A stretch of DNA of 64,000 nt from Podarcis bocagei (taxonomy: Eukaryota): the NCBI GenBank assembly GCA_964188305.1, contig OZ076887.1; one strand, given 5' to 3'. Under the pieces are notes generated by a model. It worked only from the letters and a program-made list of their open reading frames with translations, was not told where the DNA came from and did not search any database. Of the stretch, positions 22,763 through 37,099 are shown in pieces (position 1 is the first letter of the stretch; every line of letters begins with the position of its first letter). The translations under genes were made by a program, and so were the position numbers.

Positions 22763-23349
22763 GGCTGTCATTGATACATAGGATTGTTAAAATGGAGTAA
22801 TTTTGACTTACATGCAGGTGTTTATACAGCAGCTCCTTTTCAGACAGTATATTTTTTCTGGTAGAATTAGGAATTCACTATGTTGGCAACACGCTTGTGT
22901 TTGTACAGCTATATGTGGAATGTGTGTGTTTCGACATTCGCTTGAACTGGTGGTAAGTCTTGTAAAAAGTACAGGTGTGGATCTGTGGCATTCTTTCTTT
23001 AATGTTTATCCTGCTTCTTCGACCCGACCCCCCCCCGCCCTTCTCTCATTCGATGCCTTGCCCCCTTCCCTAAAGAAGTCACTTGATCAAGTATCAGACA
23101 TACTGAAAATCCTGGCAGGACTGCAGGAAAGTGGCTAGACTCAGAGTGTTTGTGTACTTAAAGAAAGAATCTTGCACATTTTCAACCTTCAGTCGCGGCT
23201 ATTTTCTTATAAGAGCCACTGGAGGTCTGAGCCAGCCCTCAGAGCGGAAATCAAAAGCTCCCAGAGAAACACACCCAAAGAATGTGAACCCGATCCAAGT
23301 ACTGTACGCAATGCGCACAGAGGACTGGTCAGCCTTAGAGGAAGTCTAG

Positions 23350-23359
23350 CCATATATGG
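23350..23359. promoter_or_regulatory. CArG box CCATATATGG (candidate SRF site)
   Basis: Perfect palindromic CC(A/T)6GG ~6 kb upstream, in a patch with retained CpGs. Confidence 0.55.
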
Positions 23360-25541
23360 ACATCTGGACCCTGAGCTATTTATCATCCTGATGGGCTCAT
23401 AGGCTGCTGCGGTTCAGACCTTCCTAGCTTGCCTCGGGTTTAATGATGTACATTAATTCCCCTCTCCAGAAGCTTGCCAGAATATTTCCCCAAAACGTTT
23501 AATAAATATTATCTTGCGCTCCTCAAGGATCCTGCTCAGCCCCATACATTAAATGTGTATTTGCTTAAAGTGCCGATTCCAAGCAAGGCTTGCTGCTCTG
23601 CTTCGGAGCTGGAAATGAAGTACAAATAAAGCAGTTTGCTTTATATCCAGAATTTGCTTCTCGTGTTTATTTTTTTTTAAAGTTCATTCACTGGCTCATG
23701 TGTGTGTGCGTGCACACATTTATACATACACACATGCATATACAGTGTGCATGTGTTTTGAAATGATATAAGCTTCCCAGTTGAACACACCAGCTATGAG
23801 AGCTCCAAGATTTTCACCTATTTTGTCACTTACGGTCTCTTTTAGAAACCATGTGATTATTTCTCAGAAACAGCCATATTACTGGTTATATGAGGTATAT
23901 AAAAAGTCACCACAGCAAATGCTACAAATATTCACTCCCTTTTTGGCAGTTTAATCTTGAATCTATTCAAGAACAGGTCTTGAGCCACACTGTGATGCTT
24001 GCCACCCTCTCCCCATCAATGCACACATGCTAAATCTTGACATGACACCTGCATTGTCCTGCTTAAGTGTTCTTGTTTAGATCTGCAACTAATCAGTTAA
24101 TTTATGCTGGGCTTTATTAGCTGAAGAAGAGAGCCAAAGGTTCTCAGCCAGTTCACTGGTAAGTAAAGTGACCAACTTGGATGGATTGCACATGGCAACA
24201 TCTGACGGAGTGGAACCAGCAAGTTAAATTCTGAAAAGTTGTAGTGGAGTGGAGTGGAGAACAAGCCATTCCGCACTTAGAAAAATCTGGAATTGATTGC
24301 AGCACCAGGAACAGACTCAGCAATTGACTCTGGACATACATAGGCCTGGTTCACAAAAATGCCAAGTCATGATTTATTCAACTATGGTTATCAAATCATT
24401 GGTTTGCATTATGTGCAAATTCTGCCCCCTGGCTTAACTATGGTTTCTTTTCTACCAACAAACCACAATCTGAAGCCCTTGTTTTTAGCTTATGAACCTT
24501 GGCTTGTTTTAACTACAGCTTGGCATTGTGTGTGAACACAGCCAGCATCCTTCTTTAACCATTGTCTTTTTTTGGTTAGCCCATTCCTGATAGTCACCAA
24601 ACTGGCAAGACCAGGTAAAAAACAAAGCACATTTCATAGGATAACATGTGGTTAAACAAACTGTGGCTTAGTGGTATGTGTGAGAGAGCATTATGCTACA
24701 GAAGAGAGGTCTAGCACAACTCCTTGGGTCATGCTTAGATTTTCTTAAAGGTATAGCTTATATCAATGGGAAGATGTACTGTTATTCTTGATCCCTTGAT
24801 CATTTCTGGACTTTGGTTGAGGGTAGCTGTATTCAAATTACTGCTCAGATTGTTGTGGGTTCTTAGACTAGCCTGCTTTTTGTTGTGAGAATGGAAGGGG
24901 TAATTCTGAACTCAGTAGTGAAGGCAGGGAGAGAGTGCCTTAAAAACAATCTCTGTTGTTTCCTGAATTGTATTGTAATCATTAGAAGAAATGGGACTTA
25001 AATTATGCCATTGCCACCAGCAGCTTTAATACGATTTAAAAAATAAATAAAATAAAAAACCTCTTCAGATATTACTCTCTGCTGTATATTGGCTTCTGTC
25101 CGCATCTACAGAATGCAATTAGGCCCTAGCTGATTAATGAGATAGCCTTGAGCATGTTGAACAAGACATGACTATTTGTGTTATAAAGAGCATTAATAAT
25201 CTACCAGCTAATTCCTTTGACATCCTAAAAGTGTTTTAGGATTTTATACTGGCCTCCATAATAACCTCCATAAATAAGGGCAATATAGTTAGGACCTTGG
25301 AGAACTTGGAATCACGTTTCAACTTGTAGCAGCTTCTGTGATTTGAGACCATGCTTTTGTCAATTTGTGGGGTCTGCCCCATGCCTGACTGAGGTGATCA
25401 AACTTAGATAAGTGGAGGAACTTTAACTCTGGTATCTACTTCCTTTCTTGATCTCTCACGAATATGTTTTATTGGCATAGAATCACACAGTAAGGCACAT
25501 CTGTTTACTCAGGCCTTCACTGGTGTTGTGTTGACTCAGAG

Positions 25542-25543
<2 letters not shown>

Positions 25544-25589
<46 letters not shown>
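25544..25589. repeat. (CT)n microsatellite
   Basis: Direct reading. Confidence 0.97.
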
Positions 25590-25591
<2 letters not shown>

Positions 25592-26034
25592 CTTTTATGT
25601 TTTGTGATGGCTATTTACTCTGTTTAGAAACATATCTATACCCAAAGAAAATGACAAGCAAAGTGTGGAAACTGAAAGAAAAATCAACTAAACAGCTGCA
25701 ATATATTAATAACTTAATATAGCCATCAGCCCTCTGTTTTGGAAGATATTTCAGATTCCCAGTAGAGAATGTCTAGAATGCACATAGTGCAAATACAGCC
25801 ACACTGGTGATGACGCAGAAGGAAACTTTGGAGATAGCTTGGGAAGACTGAAGTAAAACATCGAGGGCTTCCTTGTTGATTCACAGATGCTTGCCATGGC
25901 AGCACTCAGAAACAGCATGTCTAGTTTTCCACAAAGGTTCCAGTCTAACAGAAGAAAATGCATGTAGACAAATCTGCACATCATAACCCCATGAAGAGGG
26001 AACAATGTGCTTTCTCTAGGTAATATACAGAGTA

Positions 26035-26113
26035 AGGTACTATTTCTTGGTTAGCGTAACCTGTAGCCTGAAGCGTCTGTAACTTGAAGCATCTGTAACC
26101 CGTGGTACCACTG
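26035..26113 (-). mobile_element. Truncated family B mariner MITE (one TIR)
   Basis: Reverse complement of the 5' part of 7567-7808, ending GGTACCACTG|TA. Confidence 0.8.
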
Positions 26114-26290
26114 TACAGTAACAGGATTATATTGCCCAGTAAATATTGATTGACAGATTGATATTTACATTTATCAGCTTTTTAAAAACAAGGTTGTATA
26201 CAATGTTAGCCATACTCAGAGAAGATCTATTGAAATTACTAGCCATGACTAACTGCTTTATTCATATCCAAATAAAACTTTGGATACAAC

Positions 26291-26453
26291 CAGTGCTTTT
26301 TTCTGGGGGTATGCATACCCCTAAACTTTTTGTGAATCTTTGTACTTTTGTCAATTTACTGTATTTATTTCCCCCAATTTGAACTATAAAATGGTGATTT
26401 TCATGAGTCAAAATGAGAGTACCCCTAAACATTTTTAAAGAAAAAAATCACTG
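26291..26453. mobile_element. hAT MITE with a perfect 8-bp TSD
   Basis: Ends CAGTGCTTTTTT / AAAAAAATCACTG; TSD GATACAAC at 26283-26290 and 26454-26461. Confidence 0.92.
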
Positions 26454-29400
26454 GATACAACTCATAAAACTGACTTACAATAATCTCATAAATAACATAA
26501 CAAAAGCATTACAATCTGAATAATAAGGCAAAAACTGCTAATACACATTAGCAGCTCATCTCATACTAAAATAAAAACCAATATTAATTCTCAAAACACT
26601 GATTGAATAAAAGTGTTTTTGCACATGTGATGAAGATTGCAATGGACTGGATCTATCAAATTTCCTTAAGGGGGGAATTCCACAGTACTGTTACAACCAC
26701 TGAAAAGACTCTATTGATAGTAGAGTTCAATTTTTCCTGGTTGTTGCCAGATGATGCGTTTTCCAATGCGACACCATATGCACACATGTGATCAAAACTT
26801 GAGATTAATCCCTTGCTATTTATGCACATTCTCTGACATCACTTGTAGCCTGTTATATCAACCAACCAGTGTAAAAGCATCCCTGTTTATGTTATCAAAT
26901 TAATTAATACTGGTTCAATATCACTTTGCTATCAGCATGTCTACTCAGAAGAAAGCCCTGCTAACTTCAGCGAGACTTACTCCAAGGAGTGGTATGTATA
27001 GGATTGCAGCTGAAGCATATAGACTGGAACTAATATAGAACACATCCAGTGGAAAGTATGCATATTGCCTGAGCATGTACAAAAATCCCAACTGTCCTGC
27101 CAATTCTTGCACATTCTCTGGCATGCCTTGGAGACTCTGCATATTTCCCGGGGAGAGTACAGAACCTTCTGCTTATGCCGTCATTGTGTGTACATTCTTG
27201 GATGTGTCTTTTGCCTAGGCTTGTCTGGTGGAGCCAGCTGGTGAACAAACCCTTCTTCAGCTGCTGGTATAAGGACTCACTGGGCCCTCCCTGCCGGAGG
27301 CAAGGCTATAGCTTGAACTAATGGTGAGATGCCACAGCTCATTGGTAGAGTGTATTCACTGCATGCGAGAGGCTCCAAGTTTGATCCCAGACTCTTCCAG
27401 TAGCAGTTTCTCAAGTAGCAGGGTTGGGAAAGTAGTCACCTGGAAACCCTGGAAATATGCAGTACTGGATTCAATTGACAAAGGGTCTGAGTAGGCTGTC
27501 AAGGAATAGCCTCATATATTCATCTCAGACATGGGGGACTCTGCACATTGACCAGCCAATGTACATTATATCAAATGCAGCACATTGTCCAGTGTCACTG
27601 GGAAATAATTACTGTTAATGAGAGAAGGAGCATATTGGTTGGGCAAGATGCAAAACTCCATAGCATTTTTTAAAGCACAACTAAAGCATATGGCTTTCCC
27701 CAAAGAATCCTGGGAAATGTAGTTTCTTAAGGGAGCTGGGGACTGTGTGGGGAGTAAACCAGTTCCCAGGATTCTTGGGGGGCTTTCAATGTACAGTGGG
27801 GGTGTGACTCTTGGGTGATGCAAAGGAAAAAGGAGAAGCAGCTCCTGCTACCTGCTAACTCCCTTGTCTTATCCCCCTAGGCAGCAGTGGGGATTGGGTC
27901 CAGGGGCAGAGTGGGAGCAAGCATGTGATGGGAGAGAGGAGACCACGGAGAGCATCTTCTCTGCCATACCTGGAACTGGACCACTGAGAGCTCCACCATA
28001 TCTGGAGCTGTCACCAACAAAGATACGCCACGTGGTATTTGAAAGATTACAAAGTGTGTTCCTGGCCTCTACTTCTAGACATTTTAGAAGTAAAACCAGG
28101 GTCTTCTCCCTGAAGAAGACTGTTACGGAATTCCTGTTATGGATAGGCTGTCATGTAGCTGTGAAACCTTTGCAGGGCTTTCCCTTCATCCCCACGCTGC
28201 AGTTCAAAAGTGCAGGCTGTGCTTTGTGTGGCATGTTTATTTGCTCCTTCAAAAACCCACCTTAAGGAGAAGGCTGCAAGGGGTAGTGTGTATCAGACAG
28301 TGCCACTTGGCTGCAACCTAATGTGCCAGAAAAGGCACTGAATATGGGAAGCTACCTGCAGGGTGAAATAAAAAGTATGCTCAACAAATCAAGGGATGCA
28401 GAGCAGCAGGTGCTGTGGATGGGCACTTAGGGTCGTTTTATTCCTGCTCCAAGTGGTCATTCCCATGGCTCGAGAAGACAACCAACCAAGCTTCTCTTTT
28501 GCTGCAATTGCATATGCCAGCAGAATGATAATGCACAAGCATTCTTTGCTTTGTATAGTAAAGACCATAATGCCAGTCAAGGAACTGTGGCTGCTCCATC
28601 CTGTGGATAAGTATGGTACTAAATATAAATCTGTTGGGAGAACGCAGGTGTGCATTAGAGCATCCTGAGTCCCTCTCCTGGCTCATGTCCACTAGGTCCC
28701 CCTTCAGCCTACACATTTCATTACAGGTTCATCACATCTGATATGCTGCACACCAAGTGGAGGAGAGAGAGCTTAGTAAAATTGTGGCAAAGGAGGGGTT
28801 GGCCATTTGGTTAATATGGGACCAAAGGTAACAAGTGGGAGGTTTCTATTAATTAATTTGTTTGCTTGCCACAAAAGTTATTGAATTTTGGCACGCTTTA
28901 TGGATGTGGAAGAGGATAAATACAGCAGGAACACCAACCCACACTATTGTGCTGGTGGAACATCATCTGTTGGTGGGTAATGCCTGGTACAGCATCATAA
29001 GTAGATGTGTCACCATGGAGCTGATGTTCTTGTGACCTGTACCTTGAGAACCTCCCTACATTGAGAACCTCCCCTTCTGAGGTGGAAGACAATTTTCTGT
29101 GTCGGAAATACCATATAATTCATATGTAGATTGCTGTGTGGGAATTGTTTCCACTGGGGATACCTGATTGGAACCCTGGTGACTGTCTTCCACAATCCAA
29201 GGCACGAACATCACATTCACGTGTACTGGAAAACTGATGTCCGTGATCTTCATACATGTGGATTTTATGGGGTTTGCATCATGGAGGAATATATCAGCCC
29301 TGATTTTCAAGCATTATGGTCCCCAGTCTATTTGGGTGATCATTACCAGAAAGGGCATGTAAACCCTGAAAATTTGGGTGGGACCATTTCTTGTGATAAG

Positions 29401-31138
29401 GTTAACAATATGAGATATAGTCAGATCATCATACTCTCTTGATTTTCTTGCTGAAGAGTCCGTTGAGAAGAGGATTGCAGTTTTATCCTGTTTTCTGACT
29501 TCTTTTTCTTTTAGTTTATTTCTTGTCTGGCTGCTTCTTAGCTTGTTTCCAGTTTCTATTTTTTAAAGTAGTGCTTCACATATGAAGTATGCACGAAGAA
29601 ACCAAAGTGGGCATGATTTTGACCTAACATCATTTTAACAGTGGGCACATTTTACAGTCATATTAAATAGATATTTTAAAACACATACAGCTTTTATAGT
29701 GCTGACAGATTTTTTTTTTTGTCTTTCAAACTTCTCTACATTTTATATTGCAACATAGTTTTCAAAGCAAGCCAAAGATAACAAGTTTCTTGTTTTAGCT
29801 ACTTATGATTTCTTAGCACAAACTTTCAAAGAAGATCAAACAGGAAAGAATGCTTTTCTCATCTTGCCATAACTACCCCAAAATGCATTTTTGGGTCACT
29901 GCTCTAAAACAATCATGCCATGATGCTCAAACTAAACACAGAAAATTTCAGAGATTATGAAATAGCTTTGGATACTCTTGAAACTCTTCTGAGAAAAGAG
30001 AACATGTGAGTTAGCGATGAACCAACGAAAAGAGTCAGGCCATCTTTTCAGGTGTTTTAATATTCCTTAAGACAAAGGAATTAAGTGCTTGTTCTTATGT
30101 CATGGGAAGTACCAATATCATCAGCTCCAGTCTATGTGCGCTCACTTTCTGATGTGACTGGAGTGGCATGGAAAAAGAGCTTAGCAAAGTCAGACTCAGA
30201 ACAACAGGTAAAGGCAAGCTCCTCTTACTCCAAGTCCAGTTCCTAAACCCAGACACCATGGTGTTCTTGATACCACCACCAGGATTTCAATGGAGTCTGC
30301 CTTCCCACAGTGGCAGAGAGGTCTTCCTGCAAGCCTTTCCATAAGACTGTAATGGCATCTTTAACACTACATGCAAGGAATCCTGGGTTATGTCATTTCC
30401 CTGGCTTCTGATACTCATAGGGAGAACTCAGGCACTCAGCAAAACTACATTTCCCAAAATCTTTGGCACTAGTGTAGCATTTAGGGTTATCAGGAAAGAA
30501 AAACAAAAACCTGGTTTAAAATCAAAACTTTCCAGGGCAATGTTGCTTGATTCATAATGTAGTTAAGGATTATTAACTGAACAAGTTCGCATCCCTGAGC
30601 CATGGAAATGTGAACTTCAGTGATATCACTACATATTTCTCCTATCATTTGAGAACTGGTGAGGCCACGTTCAGCAGGAACGTTCAAAGCAGAATTAAGA
30701 ACCAGTTCAAAAATCCTCTTGAGGAACTATGCCATTTCAGAATGGGGTGAGAAAGCTCCTCAGATCAAAACCTTCCTGTGTGAAGAAACTGCTGGGAGCT
30801 TCTGACATGGGGGTGCTACCAAGTAAGGAATGTTCTTGCCCCTCTTCCCCGAGCCAACTCAAGCTTTTGGAGGACCACTGGTCAAGACATTCTTTATGTG
30901 GCCTCCCCTGTCCTCCAACATGAACTGCTCCTCACCAGTCATGATCACATATGCTTCTGTCCCTCATCATGGCTACCACCTGTTGGCTTGAATATGGAGC
31001 CAAGGACTAAGGCAGCAGTGGCTGTTACTCCTTCTCCTTTGTCTACTGTACCACCATTGTCTGAGCCAGAGTGAACAAACGGACTGGAATGGTTCACAGG
31101 AGGGGCAGGTCCACAGGGCTCTTGTCAGTGGGCCCTTG

Positions 31139-31493
31139 TAAGGATGGGGAAGAAATTCGGTTCACATTGAAAAGTGGACCTATCTGATTCAAACTTCCTG
31201 AAACAATGCACAAACTGAAATGAAATATGCGCTTCTCCAAGTTTTGCAAAGCAGTTCTTCAGCCAAGTAATGTGTACAGAAATGCATACGCTTGCAAAAA
31301 AATATGTATAATAAGAAAATTGCACAAACATGTGTGTTTTGGGAGAACTTTGCACTAAAATGCTGAGGGAATTTTCATGAGGACTTCCTTAAAATTAAAT
31401 AAATTTGCAAACTGATGTGAAAATGAATGGAACCTATGACTGGAAAAATGAGAAGCTGAGAGAAACCGAAACTGACAAATTTGCCCATCCCTA
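31139..31493 (+). mobile_element. hAT-like MITE (same family as 3069-3430)
   Basis: Ends TAAGGATGGG / CCCATCCCTA and internal similarity. Confidence 0.72.
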
Positions 31494-33379
31494 GGCAGAG
31501 GCCCAACCATGCTGACCTAGGACCTGGGACCAGCCTCTTCCAAGTCCTTAGGTGGCAGTGGCCTCTGGGAGGACTGAAGCTCCTGCTTTATGTCACAGAG
31601 ATTTTTATGAGCTTTTGGCATTCTCAGCCAGCCCTGGCAATCTCACAGATTCCCTGGATCTCATTAACTGCTGTGTTAGAAACACACAGACCTTGTCAGG
31701 AAAATAAAGCAGCTGCAGTTCTTGCAGAATCCAGAATTTTAACAGCAATTCTCAGTGCGCTAAAACTGGACAGGTGTGTCTAAAACTCAGTTAAACTCTT
31801 CCATCAAAGGGAAAGCCAGGTGGAGCAAGACTTGGGGGTTTCAAACTGCTTAGCACTCCTAAATCAGAGCCAGATTTTCAAAGCTTTCAACTCTCATTAA
31901 AGTATTAAAATAATCAAGGGATTCCCAAAACTGCTGAGCATCCAGTATCTGCCACTGAAACATAGAACTAGCAAGCATTATGGGTGCAAAGAAAGAGCTG
32001 TCTGAAAGACCAAGCAGATTTGTTTTTGTTTTAGTAGTACCACTGAAAAAGCACTGAACACTTAATGTTTTGTAAAGTTTCCAGCTCTGATGGGGAGTTA
32101 TAGTTAGTTTATTGTCTATTTAAAGTATATAACCTAAGATGATGTAGAAGGTACGGAACAACAAGATGATAAAAGACAGCCATGGCAGAAAAACAAGGGA
32201 GGTTGGAGATGTGGACGCAGTAGAAAAGATGAATAGGACAATATGACCTTAGACTGAGTCAAAGCATTTGTCCATCTAGCTCAATATTGTTGACACTGAC
32301 TGACAGCAGCTTTCCAGAATTTCAGGCAAGAATTTTTTTCTACCCCTACCTGGAAACACCATGAATTGAACCTGGGACATCTGGCATGCAAATCGGATGT
32401 TCTGCCACTGATCTACATCACTCACAGTACTGAGCGATGGCCCACACAAAGTGGAATTGTGTGATGAACCTGAAAGTGCTTTCTCATGGAGATTTTACAT
32501 TGTGGAGGATTAATTTATATTTTAAACTTTGTATCTTGCATATTTTATTGTTGCAAGCTGCTTTGAGGCCTCTATGGTGAAAAGGAGGATAATTATTTTT
32601 TTTTAAATAAGCGAGCTAAATAAATAAATGATCAAAAGGCAAAAGTGTAATAAAGAAATGAAATTAGTTTTGTGGTTGGTTTCTTTTCTCTTTCATTTGT
32701 GTTAATGCAGCTTTGGTGTTGATGCATTTGGGAGAATTGAAAATGGGTGAAAAAACCCCCCACCAGTGTTAGCATGTGTGTGTATGTGGGGTGGGAAGGG
32801 AATAGTTTATGAAAGTGATAAAATTATAATCACTTCCTTGCAGAAGTCTGCGTCTAATTTTAAAACTTAACCAGAAGATGAATCATCAGTGGGAGTCAGA
32901 AATATTTCATGACATTTGAAGTTTTTTTTTGTCCTTAAGTCTTTGACTGTCCAATTCCTTTCTTTTTGTGACAAGAGACAGATCCCAAAACTTACTGAGA
33001 TGACTATTTCTTATGTTCCTATATGTTTAAAATAGGGTTATATCTTGCACTGCTTTTGAAGTTGGATGGAAAAGGACTGTTTCCAAACGGAAAACTCTTA
33101 TTCTAGGTATCAGTTCAAACAATAGATTTTTGGATGAATAATAATATTCTGAAACACAGATTAATAAAGAAATACTGACAGATGTTGGAACTGCACAGTG
33201 CAAAAGGGAGCCCTCATGATGGTGATAGCAATAATACTGGTTTATTGTTGTTCCATTCAATGTTCCAAGCAGTGATGTTTACAATTTTCCATTTGGTGTA
33301 GAAATAAAAAAGAATAGAAATATATATAAAACCAACATGCTATAATTGTCAGAGAGCTACAGGAAAGGTTTATGGGATA

Positions 33380-34020
33380 GACCCACCTGCCTTTAAGTAA
33401 AATAGAGGAATCAGACAGGAATGGCCATTGTTTGCAATCTGTTATTGGAACCATTAGCAGTCTCATCAAACAAAACACATGGACAAGAGGAGTGGCAGCA
33501 AATGGACTGATCCACAATTTGGTATATGATGAATATTTCATACTATTCATCTCATGGATCTGTTCAATTACTGTCAGAATGGGATGTCCCAATGCTAATA
33601 ACCCTTCAGTTTTAATATTATGATAAATCAGAACAGCATATTAATGGAACAACTGAAGAGTGCAAAGAGATTATAACCAGATTCCTATTTGCATGGGGTA
33701 TAAAAAGCTGGATATATATGGGAGTCAACATCTAAAAAAGCTCAATAACTTTGACCTGATCCCCCCAATGGGTAGATCATTGCCAGTTTTTTATTCTGTG
33801 AGTAGATCGCAGTCTCTTGGGAGTTGGACATCCCTGATATATATAATTATTTCCGCTCCTTGATGTCTAGGGATTTAAAGGAATGGATGATCTATCATGG
33901 CATGATGGCCAGGCAGATTTAGGATCTGTGTTACCAAAAAAGATCCAATGTGAATATCCTCTCTGACTTCTTTAGACTACAACCAGACACATTAAGCTTG
34001 GTGGCAATCCGTGCAGGAAA
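33380..34020 (+). mobile_element. Decayed L1-clade ORF2 reverse transcriptase relic (may extend to ~35000)
   Basis: Colinear frameshifted motifs NRGIRQ, LEPLA, IKQNTWTRGV...HNLVYDEYFILFI (decayed YADD), YDKSE, FAWGIKSWIYMGVNI (cf. YLGI) and LGG. Confidence 0.75.
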
Positions 34021-34038
34021 TGCGGAATCAGGTCTATC

Positions 34039-34088
34039 TGGATCAATCGTTCTGCCACCTGCTATGTGGATCAATCGTTCTGCCACCT
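34039..34088. repeat. Tandem duplication, period 28
   Basis: TGGATCAATCGTTCTGCCACCT twice. Confidence 0.92.
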
Positions 34089-36521
34089 TGTTCATAATCA
34101 GTGAGAAGGGGAGCTAGCTGGAGTGTGATTCCACTGGCAGTGAGGGAAACCCTGTTCTCCCAGCAGTAGAAAAGAAACAGTCTCATTCTCTTCCTCCTCT
34201 ATATTGAAAAAAACCCAGTTTGTTCACTGGTGAACAAAAGTCTTCAACTGTCATAGACAATTTCAAGTAGTGTGTAACAAGTGGAAGTCAGGCTCCCAAA
34301 TTGTTTTCCCTTTTAGTCTGAATTTCCAAATTATGAAATGATTGCCCGACACAAATATTTACTGGTATCTGCCTTGTTTTCTGTTCTAATTCAGGCCTTA
34401 TTCATTGAAGTGTTGACATTCATTGTGACATCTGGAAAAGGATATAATGAGTATTTTTTGTGTCTTGCCCTTTTATTTCTTGGAACACGTCTGCCCATAG
34501 CGCATTTAGGTGGAAATGGAAATGTTCCTTGCAAGTCTTACAGGTTGTTCGACACATGAGTCTCTGTAACAGGGATGGTGATCACATTATTTTCACTGGT
34601 CAGACAGTCTATTAAGTTTGACTTGGAGTGGAGGGAACAATATAACACCTGAAGACAAGCCAATAGAGGTTTGTTATGCAATGCAAGGGAGCCCGAAAAA
34701 GGTTGTTTCCAAGTTCTGCTGGGAAGTACCCCATTCATACACTAGTTATTCCAAATGTTAACCTACAGACCAGTGAAAAATTCTTGAATTAACTTACAGA
34801 ATCAAATACAGATGGAATGATAGGATATTCTCAGAAAGAAGTGACTCATTGTTCATGATTAAATAGATAGTGATGGATATTTGACAATTTACTATTTTTC
34901 CAAAGAAGCTTTATGTACCAAAGGCTAAACGATAAGATTAAGGGTTATTTTATTCCTTGAAACAAATCCTAAGGGTTTAAATAAAAATAAAAATAAAAAT
35001 GCGAATGTCAGTTGTTTGAAATGGGATGAGATATGTCCTTGGAATGTAAAACAAGGGTTTTGTTTTTTTAACATATGGCAACACTATTTGCAAGGAACAC
35101 GATTCTTTTTTCATTTTTTTGCACTTGATGCCAATTGCATGCCTTCCGTAAGTGGTTTTGAAGGATATGTTATATGATCCTAACCAGGTTTTCAGGAGAC
35201 CTGGATGGCAAACTTGTATACCCCAGGTCTTCCACTATACTAGCAGGCTTCAAGTCTTGGAGGTCTAAGATTTTTTATGAGGGTTCCAGTACACAGACCC
35301 ACAACACCTGTCATTCTTTCTCTTTTTTTGAACTGTTCACTAATTTTAGCTGCATCTATCAAACAAAATGGTCAGGTGTCATAACTCAGTTGTTAGTTCA
35401 AGAGATGTCTCTCTCTTTCCATGTTTATAGATATTGTTCTGTAGTCCTCTGCAGCTGGGTCTCAAAGCAGCTTACAAAATAAAGCTATAAAATATACTAA
35501 ATTCAAAACATAAATTTAGAGCTTCTTAGGATTCTTTCTGTAGTGATGAAGGCATGCTTTTCTCGTTTTCACTCAAGCAAACTTAAGAAAGATAATGGAT
35601 TGTTAGCTTTTGAAATATGAAGGAATTGGCATGACTGATTTAACGTATTCTAGATTCAATTATGTATCATTTATACTGTGGTTAGAATGATCCCCACCTC
35701 CCAGAATATGATTCTGTGAAGACTTCTGAAAGCTCAGGTGTGAACATTACCACATTACTTAAATTATTGTCAATAAAGGGATTATGGCATGTGTGCTTTT
35801 AAAATGGAGAACTTTGTCTATGAATTCCAGAAAAACGTATGCATTAGAAGTAAGGATTGATGTACACATCATGAAATTAGGTGGTGTGCTCAATTTCCCC
35901 CTTTTCCCTTTTAAAACTCATTTCTGCGTAAGGTGGATTAGGATCAAAATCTTACTGAGCTTCAGACTCGGAACACAATGAAACAGCAAAAATACGCAAA
36001 CCAGATTACTTGCTTTGTTGCTTACGTCTACCAAAACCCCATTTACAAAACAGCTCTTGTTTTCAGAGGGAGGATCATGTAGTTCAATAATAACAGAAAC
36101 AGTTTAGTATTTGTAGATTAGATGCTAATACATAAACAGCATTTTTTTTAAAGGAATGGTTCTGGATAGATGACCAAATAGATTTTTTAAAGATGAACTA
36201 TGTCTCCCTCTGATTTTGAAACAGAGATGGGCAAATTTGTTAAATCCCATCAAGCTGAAACTGTTGGATAATATATTCATTTTCTCTCCTCTGTCAGCAA
36301 AGCAGCCCAAACAGCTGTGATGGGAAAAATGTCTTGACACCAAACTATTATTTATAGACACATATGCCTTTTACAAAAAAAAAAAAATGCTCATAAACAA
36401 TTTTTAGTGTCTTAGGCTGCAATCCTATACACACAAATTCAGTAGTAAGTACCATTCGAGTTGAGTGGGACTAACGTTTGAGAAAAAATGCATAGGATTG
36501 CATTCATTGTTTTAATCATAA

Positions 36522-36558
<37 letters not shown>

Positions 36559-36857
36559 GGAAATAACATAAAAGCCATGCCAATATATATCTTGATTATT
36601 AAAACTATGAATTTTATTATGCTAAAAGTAATTAAAACAATTATGTAGTTAAGATAACTTTGCTATAGGGCACACAGAAGTTGTTTTGGGAACAGAAAAA
36701 AACTGTGTGCCAATGATAGTATGGTATATTAAAGTATTAATTTGAATTTAAAGAGCTGTTATTGGTTCTGTGAATGTTACTGGAGTTAAGCTGATCTAGT
36801 GTTACAAGGGAGCAGATGTTTCATGAAAATATTACCCAGTACATGATTAGGCATGTA

Positions 36858-37099
36858 CAGTGGTACTTCAGTTTTCGAATGTAATACGTTCCGGAAGACC
36901 GTTTGAGTTCTGAAACGTTCAAAAACTGAAAACTCGACAGTCGACAGCTAGAACTCAGGATCTTGCACTCAGTGGAAGCCGCGTGGCATGTTTGACTTCC
37001 AAGGTGTGTTCGGACACCGAAGCATTCACTTCTGGGTTTACAGCGTTCAAAAACTGAAATATTCATCAACAGAGACATTCGAAAACTGAGGTACCACTG
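36858..37099. mobile_element. Tc1/mariner MITE, family C
   Basis: TIRs CAGTGGTACTTCAGTTTTCGAA / TTCGAAAACTGAGGTACCACTG; TA TSD. Confidence 0.92.
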
